Source: a virus
Strand: one strand, 5' to 3'
DNA: 64,000 nucleotides
Virus record (IMG/VR): IMGVR_UViG_3300020045_013318
Coordinates: 13,136 to 77,135 of that record
The stretch's first letter is position 1; every line of letters starts with the position of its first letter. Positions 1 to 7,128 of the stretch are shown one piece after another. Both the position numbers and the translations under genes were made by a program. A model generated the notes under the pieces. It was not told the DNA's origin. It did not search any database and saw only the letters and a list, made by a program, of their open reading frames with translations.

Positions 1-460
1 TGGGAAGTTTAATTAACTAAAATAATATGAACCCCCTCTCACAATCCTTACAAAAAATCTTTGATTTTTGGTATTCAAACTCTCCCAAAGTTGAAGGCAA
101 AATAGTCCAGAGTATTGATTATAAAGAAAAAAACACCGCCAAATCAAAATGGGGCAATTTTGAAACTCTAGCTACAGATTATGAGTAAAATACAAACTTT
201 TTTCTTAGTAATGGTTATATGTCTAATCATTCTGGGAACATATATTACGGGACATATCACTGGTTATAGTGAAGGTTTACAAATGTGTTATAAATTATCA
301 GCCTATTATAAGTGAAGATGAAAACATTTACAGTTTATCTTAAATGTTTTAGACGGTATAGATAAAGCAGGGTATGTGATTTATAAAAAGGTATGACAAT
401 AATAAACCCTAGCCCCCCCGATAGTAGAGAAAGATGGTGAGGAATAAATAATAAAAAACT

Positions 461-763
461 ATGAAAACATACAGAGGAACAAAAGTAGCGTGGGCGAAAA
501 CACAAGCAAAAATAGTAAAACTGTTGAACTCAAAGAAAATTTGGGAAACAAGGTTTACTAATTTACAGGATAAATTTGTGTTGGAATTTAGGGCAATAAA
601 TGCAGAAAAACCTATCGCAGTCAGAATCATTGTTCCTATAAAAGTGGAAACGACTGAAAATAAACAGCAAATGGAGTTGAATCAAATGCACCGAGTGCTT
701 TTCCATCATCTTAAAGCAAAATTCACGGCAATAGCAATAGAGATTGTAAAGTTAATGAAATGA
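461..763 (+). CDS. phage hypothetical protein, possibly C-terminally truncated
   Basis: ORF with ATG start in + strand run; HRVLFHHLKAKF motif resembles a phage family that I recall as longer. Confidence 0.6.
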   Translation: MKTYRGTKVAWAKTQAKIVKLLNSKKIWETRFTNLQDKFVLEFRAINAEKPIAVRIIVPIKVETTENKQQMELNQMHRVLFHHLKAKFTAIAIEIVKLMK

Positions 764-1077
764 AAATAAAACAAAATAACAAAGAAATAACATTTACATT
801 TCCGAGATACCAAAAAAGAATGAATCCATACGGAAGTGATGAAGCAAATGATAGAGGTGATTTTGGCGAACATCCTACTTTTACGGGACTTATCATTCAC
901 CATAGAAAAAATGGTAGTAATTGGGACGAAATAGGTTTTGCAGAAACTATAGATATGGATTACAAAGGAAAGGAAGATCAAACTGGTGGTATTATAGTTG
1001 CTTGGCAAGGAACTGAAGAAGATTTTATAAAAAAGTGTGAAGAATTAGGTTTAGGTTATTTAGTAATGGAGTTTTAG
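760..1077 (+). CDS. hypothetical protein
   Basis: ATGA overlap with previous ORF, 105 aa. Confidence 0.7.
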   Translation: MKIKQNNKEITFTFPRYQKRMNPYGSDEANDRGDFGEHPTFTGLIIHHRKNGSNWDEIGFAETIDMDYKGKEDQTGGIIVAWQGTEEDFIKKCEELGLGYLVMEF

Positions 1078-1089
1078 TTAATAAAACAA

Positions 1090-1404
1090 ATGAAAATATA
1101 TAGACATGGGGATTTAAGTTTTCACCCAATAGAAAAACTCCCAGAGGGGCTTAAAAAGTCAAAAGACAATGTTCTTGCTCGTGGAGAACATACAGGACAC
1201 AAACATATTATCACTGCTGAAGTTGGTAATTGTGATGTGTACCAAAATGATAAAACAGGAGAATTAGTTGTTGTTGTGGATGGAAAAGCCAGTCTTGTTC
1301 ATGAAGAGCATAAAACACTTATATTTGAAACTGGAATTTATAGAATGAAACAAGAGCGAGAATTTGACTATTTTTCAGGAATTATTTTACAAGTAAGAGA
1401 TTAA
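1090..1404 (+). CDS. conserved phage protein with RHGD and GExTGHxH motifs (usual partner of DUF6745-like genes)
   Basis: YRHGDL ... LARGEHTGHKH ... LVHEEHKT ... GIYRMKQEREFD. Confidence 0.8.
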   Translation: MKIYRHGDLSFHPIEKLPEGLKKSKDNVLARGEHTGHKHIITAEVGNCDVYQNDKTGELVVVVDGKASLVHEEHKTLIFETGIYRMKQEREFDYFSGIILQVRD

Positions 1405-1405
1405 G

Positions 1406-1822
1406 ATGATAAATGTAAAAGCCCAAGAAATTATAGATCGTATTGAAAAAGCCGCGCAAAATTATGGCAAAGTATTTGACTTTGACAAAATTGTAACTGC
1501 CTTAAAAAAACATTATACAGCTCTAAACATTCCAATACCTAAAATTGTTGCCGTAGACAATATGGAAGAAGCTTATAAAAACGCTCGGGATGCCGCTCGG
1601 GATGCCGCTCGGGATGCCGCTTGGGGTGCCGCTGACATTCTTGCACTCAACCTCGATGAATACAAAGCAAAATACCCAAATGGAAACTTTATAAACTTGG
1701 TTCCACTCTATGAAGCAGGTCTCTACCCAGTCGGTGTCGTCGATGGGAAATTCATTGTGTACGTACCACCATCGAAAACAGAGTTTCCAAGTGATTTAGT
1801 AGAGGAGATAGATAGTAAGTAA
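1406..1822 (+). CDS. [WR]DAA-repeat protein; apparent hybrid (phage B N-terminus, phage A C-terminus)
   Basis: ARDAARDAARDAAWGAA repeat; composition changes across the repeat. Confidence 0.75.
   Translation: MINVKAQEIIDRIEKAAQNYGKVFDFDKIVTALKKHYTALNIPIPKIVAVDNMEEAYKNARDAARDAARDAAWGAADILALNLDEYKAKYPNGNFINLVPLYEAGLYPVGVVDGKFIVYVPPSKTEFPSDLVEEIDSK
1583..1633 (+). repeat. 12-bp tandem repeat (YGGGRTGCCGCT), about 4 units
   Basis: gctcgggatgccgctcgggatgccgctcgggatgccgcttggggtgccgct read directly. Confidence 0.95.
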
Positions 1823-1826
1823 AAGT

Positions 1827-2285
1827 ATGACCACCCCCGCAAAAAAGGAACACCAAAAACATTGTAGAGAACGATATGGATATGCGTGTTCTTGTTTCCC
1901 TAGTTCAGATATAAATCTTTCATCAGACGTATTTGAACCTACCCCCGCAAAAGAGTGGCGTGAACAATTCAGAAATCAATTTTGGCTACATCGTGTACCT
2001 AAAAACACAAAGCAGATGCACGATATTGAAGACTTCATTCAAAACCTCCTCACCACCCACTCCGCTCGGCTTGTAGATAGGTTGGAAAGTAAGAGAAAAG
2101 AGTTCGTACCTGCTGATAATGTATGGGTTGGTGATGATGACTATGAAGTTGGGGAGTGGAAATTAGTACCAAAAGAAGACGGAATGTGGTGTTTGAATTG
2201 TGAGCAATTCATCCCAGAAGAAGGTTGTGCGTGTGGAGTTATATCAATCGACCAAGCCTTAGACATTATCAAGGATAATAAGTGA
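1827..2285 (+). CDS. hypothetical protein with Cys clusters
   Basis: ORF in operon; CLNC..CAC. Confidence 0.7.
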   Translation: MTTPAKKEHQKHCRERYGYACSCFPSSDINLSSDVFEPTPAKEWREQFRNQFWLHRVPKNTKQMHDIEDFIQNLLTTHSARLVDRLESKRKEFVPADNVWVGDDDYEVGEWKLVPKEDGMWCLNCEQFIPEEGCACGVISIDQALDIIKDNK

Positions 2286-2286
2286 T

Positions 2287-2571
2287 ATGAAAACAATGGA
2301 AGAACTACGAATCCTGGAAGTCCAAAAGGAAAAGGACCGCGAAGCAGAGGAAAAGCGACTTGCTGAGGAAGTGTTATGCGCTGAAATTACCTTCCCAACA
2401 AAGATGCAACTCGACCTCGGCATCTCTAACCTCACATTCAAATACGATGATGTAAAAGATTGGATAGAAGAAGAACTTGCAAACGCCGATAAGAAGTCCG
2501 TCACATTCAGCATCAAGTTCTTTATAAAAACAAACAAGTGGATAGAGAATTTGCCCGAAGCGGATATTTAG
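2287..2571 (+). CDS. hypothetical protein
   Basis: ORF abutting previous gene. Confidence 0.7.
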   Translation: MKTMEELRILEVQKEKDREAEEKRLAEEVLCAEITFPTKMQLDLGISNLTFKYDDVKDWIEEELANADKKSVTFSIKFFIKTNKWIENLPEADI

Positions 2572-2580
2572 TAACAGTAG

Positions 2581-2663
2581 GATGGGTGGTTTACACAGGG
2601 TCGTGCCTTTGCTGGATTCTCCAGCCCCTAAAGATGGGCGTGACCCGTTGCGAATCACTCATC
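2581..2663 (+). ncRNA. candidate structured RNA (long interrupted hairpin)
   Basis: GATGGGTGGTT/AATCACTCATC, GGGTCG/TGACCC and GCTGG/CCAGC nested stems with G-U pairs, intergenic. Confidence 0.45.
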
Positions 2664-2699
2664 ACAGACATAGGGATTATCAAGAGTAATTGAGAGAGT

Positions 2700-2888
2700 A
2701 TGAGCAATTATCAACTTATCGCACGAGACAGGATTACAGATGAGGAATTTACTGTTGTTGCTATGGATGACTATTTTGGAAGACATCACTACGGTTATGC
2801 CATAGGTGAACAAATTCTTACCGAGGAACAATTCCACCTAGCTTATGAGCCTGTAGTCAGTTCCCCCCACAATCGAACAGAGGATTAA
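2700..2888 (+). CDS. hypothetical protein
   Basis: 62 aa ORF, MDDYFGRHHYGY motif. Confidence 0.7.
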   Translation: MSNYQLIARDRITDEEFTVVAMDDYFGRHHYGYAIGEQILTEEQFHLAYEPVVSSPHNRTED

Positions 2889-2899
2889 AAGATAAGCAA

Positions 2900-3292
2900 A
2901 TGAGCATGAACAAAACCTTTATTTTAGAACAACAGAAGATTGCGAGGGAGAGAGCCAAAAATGCTTTGCTCCCAAAAGGAATAGACTCAAACGGCTTTGG
3001 AATGACATACGAAGACCTTGACACCCTCATTGCCCAAACCATCCTCGCGACTGAGGAAGAGACTCTTGCACGAGTGAGGGGGGAAGCAATTACTATTACA
3101 GCAAGACTTGATAGAGAGTTTTTCAAAGGCAGATTTTCATCTAGTGGACTTGAGTCTATAGAAGCAATCATCAAAGACGAACTCACACCCACTCCCGTAG
3201 AGAGCGAAGAAAGCGGTTTTGCTAAATTCCTCAAAGAAAACGGTCACGGCAATTCAGCAACTTCCACACCCTTACCAACCAATAAGACATAA
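2900..3292 (+). CDS. hypothetical protein
   Basis: ORF in operon; shares ETLARVR module with next gene. Confidence 0.7.
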   Translation: MSMNKTFILEQQKIARERAKNALLPKGIDSNGFGMTYEDLDTLIAQTILATEEETLARVRGEAITITARLDREFFKGRFSSSGLESIEAIIKDELTPTPVESEESGFAKFLKENGHGNSATSTPLPTNKT

Positions 3293-3297
3293 GAGAC

Positions 3298-3597
3298 ATG
3301 ACACAAACAAATGAGGAGAGAGTAGAGGCTCTTTACACAAACATAGTAATGATACTTATGAGTGGCTACCCAAGCGACCAAGAAGAAGAAAAAATAAAAC
3401 TGCGCTTGACACAAGCCCTCACCCAAAACACTGCAGAGACTCTTGCACGAGTGAGGGAGGTTGCAGAAAGCTGTTCAGTTAGTGAAGTTACTCTACAGGG
3501 AGACACATATGAGACGGGTATGATTGCAAAAGAGCTGTTTCTTAAAAAACTCACCACCCTCACACCATTAACATTAACAGACGATAAGACAGAATGA
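3298..3597 (+). CDS. hypothetical protein
   Basis: ORF in operon; ETLARVR module. Confidence 0.7.
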   Translation: MTQTNEERVEALYTNIVMILMSGYPSDQEEEKIKLRLTQALTQNTAETLARVREVAESCSVSEVTLQGDTYETGMIAKELFLKKLTTLTPLTLTDDKTE

Positions 3598-3598
3598 C

Positions 3599-3952
3599 AT
3601 GAAAGAAATAATCATTGCATTTGACGTTGATGGAACAATTCTCAATAACGAAGGGATACCTCCTGAAACTCCAACTCATTTACGACCACGTTGTGGGGTA
3701 AATCTTGAGGTCATCCAACTGATTCAAATTCTTTCAAAGAAAATGAAAAACACCAAGATTATCGTGTGGTCAGGTGGGGGAAAAGAGTATGCAACGCAGA
3801 TTGTTCGAGAATATGGATTAGATAAGTATGTGCACAGATGCCACAGTAAGCAAGACTACGACGAAACAATAGATGGAGAAGTTGATATTTGTTTTGATGA
3901 TGTTCACGCTTGCGAATTGGCGAAGATGAATCTAATTGTAAAAATGAAATGA
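3599..3952 (+). CDS. minimal HAD-superfamily hydrolase
   Basis: IAFDVDGT motif I, WSGG motif II, FDD motif IV. Confidence 0.8.
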   Translation: MKEIIIAFDVDGTILNNEGIPPETPTHLRPRCGVNLEVIQLIQILSKKMKNTKIIVWSGGGKEYATQIVREYGLDKYVHRCHSKQDYDETIDGEVDICFDDVHACELAKMNLIVKMK

Positions 3953-4287
3953 AAAAGTACGACAGAGAAAAAAGGAGGTGGGTGACTGCAGAAGAATACG
4001 AACGTACCCATCAATCAAAAGATAAGGCGTTTTGTCATGGGAAAACCCCACACGATTTTGTTTTAGTACTACCAGAATATGTTTCATACGACAGTAGATA
4101 TCAACACAATCCAGAAGCGTATTACGACCTACTTGATCAATACGAGAAATTGGAGGAAGAACTTGAGGAAAAAATAAAAGCAATGGGAGTAGTTGAGCGA
4201 TTTTCTCGTGGAGGTAAGTGGAGAAGAAGTTATCGTTTTTATCTATGTTCAGCATGCAAGAAGAAGCATTACGAATACAAAGAGTAA
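3949..4287 (+). CDS. hypothetical Zn-binding protein
   Basis: ATG at 3949 overlaps previous stop; CHGKTPHDF and CSAC. Confidence 0.65.
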   Translation: MKKYDREKRRWVTAEEYERTHQSKDKAFCHGKTPHDFVLVLPEYVSYDSRYQHNPEAYYDLLDQYEKLEEELEEKIKAMGVVERFSRGGKWRRSYRFYLCSACKKKHYEYKE

Positions 4288-4291
4288 CACT

Positions 4292-4822
4292 ATGAAAAGA
4301 TCTTGGATAAAAAGGGGAACAAAACAGATGAAAAGAACCCCTCTTCGTGCCAAATCAGGATTCAAGAAGATTCCGAAAGGATCCTCTACTCTAGTCACTC
4401 ACTCTTCCCTTCGAAATTCAGGTAAATCTGAAGTATCTCAGTGTAAAAAGCGTATACAGGCACTTTTACGCCAGTTGGCCATCAAACGTGATGGAGGATG
4501 TGTTTTGAGGCATTATCAAGACCTTCTTCATCCGGACTATTTGACTTGCGATGATGTTCTTCAGGCAGAACATCTAAATACCCGAGGATCCTCAGGAAGT
4601 TTTGGAGATATGCGGAATATTGTCTGCTTGTGTAGGAGACACCACATTTATTTCAAACCCCAGCACTCGCAGCTATATTGGGAAATTATTGAAAAACACC
4701 TTGGAGAAGAAGGATGGGCATATTATAAGAGAGTTCGAGATGATTATAGGGCACACCATATGATTCTCTGGGACTGGCAAAAATTGGAGATGGAGTTAAC
4801 CCAACAATTGAAACATGACTGA
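4292..4822 (+). CDS. NinG/Rap-like HNH recombination endonuclease
   Basis: IKRDGGCVL ... LQAEHLNTRG ... NIVCLCRRHH. Confidence 0.7.
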   Translation: MKRSWIKRGTKQMKRTPLRAKSGFKKIPKGSSTLVTHSSLRNSGKSEVSQCKKRIQALLRQLAIKRDGGCVLRHYQDLLHPDYLTCDDVLQAEHLNTRGSSGSFGDMRNIVCLCRRHHIYFKPQHSQLYWEIIEKHLGEEGWAYYKRVRDDYRAHHMILWDWQKLEMELTQQLKHD

Positions 4823-5156
4823 AGCAGAGGAAATAGTTTTTTTGAAGGAAAAGATGGAGAGGGATCGTATTCAATATTATCGAGTCGTTGATCAGCTCAA
4901 AAACGCACGAGAAGAAGTCAGGATGATCAAAGAGGCTACTCTTGCCTCATCAAAGAGTAAGTATGTTGAATATCTTCAATTGGCCCTCTCGATGACTGAA
5001 AGGCAATATGAAGAACTTCTCGATAAATTTGAGAAGTTAAACAACAAACTTAATCACGAGATGGCTAAGCGTCAGTATATTTTCCCCAGCAATCGACACG
5101 GGAAGATTCCCACGGTTGAAGTCCGTGTCGATCAAAAAGAATACGAGCAAATTTAA
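4815..5156 (+). CDS. coiled-coil hypothetical protein
   Basis: last gene of + operon; overlaps the convergent gene. Confidence 0.6.
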   Translation: MTEAEEIVFLKEKMERDRIQYYRVVDQLKNAREEVRMIKEATLASSKSKYVEYLQLALSMTERQYEELLDKFEKLNNKLNHEMAKRQYIFPSNRHGKIPTVEVRVDQKEYEQI

Positions 5157-5526
5157 TATTGTCGTCGGGATCAAATTTGTTTAATCCAAGGCGGTTCAAT
5201 TCAGGATCATGAACGCTGTTTAATTGGAAGATTCCTCCATCAGTTGTTCCATCTTTATTTTGAGTGGTGTTGTGGGCAGTTATTTTGTATTGACTTTCAC
5301 ATCGAGCTACTTCAAGCATGATTGGAGCATCTGGAAACGATTCTTCAATCTTCTCAATGATGTTTCCTTTTGTGTATTTTACTTCAATTTTAACTTCTTT
5401 TTGTTCAATTTCAATGATGGGTGCCTGACAAACAATCATCTCAGCTTGAGCCATCAGTGCATACGATATCAATACCCCCAATCCAATCCCCAGAAGCACA
5501 ATCACAGTTGACATCAACTGTTTCAT
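5065..5526 (-). CDS. lysozyme-like/SLT transglycosylase with N-terminal membrane anchor (endolysin candidate)
   Basis: VARCES catalytic Glu, DGGIFQLN, NIKFA, GLQPW; hydrophobic N-terminus. Confidence 0.8.
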   Translation of the reverse strand: MKQLMSTVIVLLGIGLGVLISYALMAQAEMIVCQAPIIEIEQKEVKIEVKYTKGNIIEKIEESFPDAPIMLEVARCESQYKITAHNTTQNKDGTTDGGIFQLNSVHDPELNRLGLNKFDPDDNIKFARILFDRHGLQPWESSRVDCWGKYTDA

Positions 5527-5571
5527 ATATTTCTTGTTATTTACAATAGACCTTCTGTCACTGCCCGCCTG

Positions 5572-5991
5572 TCACTGGCTTTTGCTCTCAATGGGTTTTT
5601 TCTTTCTTGAAGCCGTTCTCATTCTGTGACAATTTGCACAGACAACTTCACACTTTTTAACTTCTTTCTCCAACTTCTCCATAGAGATGGTAGTACAGGA
5701 AGCAATGCTAAATCTCTTATCTTGAAGGTGATCAAAATCAAGACACTCAGTTCGCTTCTCTCCACAATCTGTACAGGAGTGCTGCTTTTTATAGTTCCAG
5801 ATCCATTCGCGAATCTTTCTTCTACGTCTACCCGTTTGATCTATATAATGTTGTTTGTTGCGTTCGTAGGATTGTTTGTGAGAAACAGACTGACACAGAC
5901 GACATCTGTGACTCAAGCCATCCTTTGCTCTCTGGCGTTTATTAAACTCCAAGAGAGACTTTTTGACTTTGCATCTTGAGCAGGATTTCAT
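5572..5991 (-). CDS. HNH endonuclease
   Basis: CSRC/CRLC zinc finger, CTDCG..LDFDH..CEVVCANCHR; likely ATG at 5991. Confidence 0.85.
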   Translation of the reverse strand: MKSCSRCKVKKSLLEFNKRQRAKDGLSHRCRLCQSVSHKQSYERNKQHYIDQTGRRRRKIREWIWNYKKQHSCTDCGEKRTECLDFDHLQDKRFSIASCTTISMEKLEKEVKKCEVVCANCHRMRTASRKKKPIESKSQ

Positions 5992-6053
5992 GTCTATATC
6001 ATACCTCGTCCTGCCTTTAGACGACAACCCAAACTCTATCTCCCACCTCAATA

Positions 6054-6100
6054 AGTATACCCAATTCAATGAGTTCCTATAACGATAGGGGGTGCATTAC
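6054..6100 (-). promoter_or_regulatory. promoter with inverted box variant (GTAATGCACC-N31-TATACT)
   Basis: motif read directly; same geometry as other phage A promoters. Confidence 0.45.
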
Positions 6101-6288
6101 TTTTTGAAGAAAAAGCCAGCAACATCTGGGCGAGTGAGCTGATTGTAGATTGCAAGTATGAGTGCCACAGTTACAAAGAATCCCTCGACTGCCTTCTCGA
6201 CTGTGCCAGCCTCAAATTCTACTCCGAGAGCTGAAAGTAATGCTTCGACAATAAGTACACCAAGTGCTATTCCGTTTTTTGAAATCAT
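6097..6288 (-). CDS. holin-like two-TM protein
   Basis: 63 aa, two hydrophobic segments, basic C-terminus, in lysis position. Confidence 0.65.
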   Translation of the reverse strand: MISKNGIALGVLIVEALLSALGVEFEAGTVEKAVEGFFVTVALILAIYNQLTRPDVAGFFFKK

Positions 6289-7127
6289 GTTTTTTTTAGT
6301 AAAAGTTGATAAAGCTTGACCGCCTCCTGAAGAAGGTTGAGGAGTTTACCCTGTAATTCAGTTCGTGAGTCAAGTTGCTTTTTGACGACTTCAGGCAGTT
6401 GATTGTAGTGAACAATCCAACATTCAGTAGGCTTGTACTGAGTGTGAAGACGATATGCAGTACCTTTGTCTGCCCAATCAGTTCCCCACGTGTTTGCAAT
6501 GCGGAAAGATCTGCCATCATAGTTTGAATCCGTAACTGCATGTCCACTTATGATTTCTTTAGGTGGACGCAGTGGTTCAATTGGAGCTCTCCACCACTCA
6601 TTGCCAATTGCATATCGAGTTAGTACTCCAGCCTCACTTTCATTGATGGCTTGAGCCATAAGATCGCGATCGACAGGAACACTTGCGTAGGCAAGGATCT
6701 TGTTTTTGGCAGCAAGCACTTTAAGTTTCTCAATATCTTTATCTGAGACCGCTTGAAGTTTCTTGATATATTTTGCGTAAGAGAGTTTGCGATCATTCTC
6801 GTCTGTGAATGTCCAGTCTTTTTCCTCAAGAAATCCAATGTTTTTTGCTACCCACAGAGCGTGAGAGAGTGAAGATCCTTCATCCCAATTGCCCTGCTTC
6901 TTTTTTTGCATCAGATATTGAAAGTCTGCAGAGAATTTCTTCCCAAGAGCCTTTCGTGCGTTCTGCGTTGTGGCAATTGCGGTACAGATACCAACTCTGT
7001 GCTGGTCCTCAATGTCTTCAGGCTGATAACGAACTCCTCCACTGACTGGGATCCCAGAAGAGACATACGCAAAAGTACGAACATCGTATGGCGAAGACTC
7101 TGCTCCTGTTGAATATTCTTGTGGCAT
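6285..7127 (-). CDS. papain-like (C1) cysteine peptidase
   Basis: Q..VGICT (oxyanion Gln, catalytic Cys), SGHAV, ANTWGTDWADKG. Confidence 0.85.
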   Translation of the reverse strand: MPQEYSTGAESSPYDVRTFAYVSSGIPVSGGVRYQPEDIEDQHRVGICTAIATTQNARKALGKKFSADFQYLMQKKKQGNWDEGSSLSHALWVAKNIGFLEEKDWTFTDENDRKLSYAKYIKKLQAVSDKDIEKLKVLAAKNKILAYASVPVDRDLMAQAINESEAGVLTRYAIGNEWWRAPIEPLRPPKEIISGHAVTDSNYDGRSFRIANTWGTDWADKGTAYRLHTQYKPTECWIVHYNQLPEVVKKQLDSRTELQGKLLNLLQEAVKLYQLLLKKT

Positions 7128-7128
7128 A

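Larger units (their letters stand above)
1..1633 (+). mobile_element. Phage B, left segment (AT-rich small-gene region)
   Basis: AT-rich, tightly packed small + strand ORFs; composition resembles 42120 onward; last gene is continued by the sequence after 42120. Confidence 0.65.
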
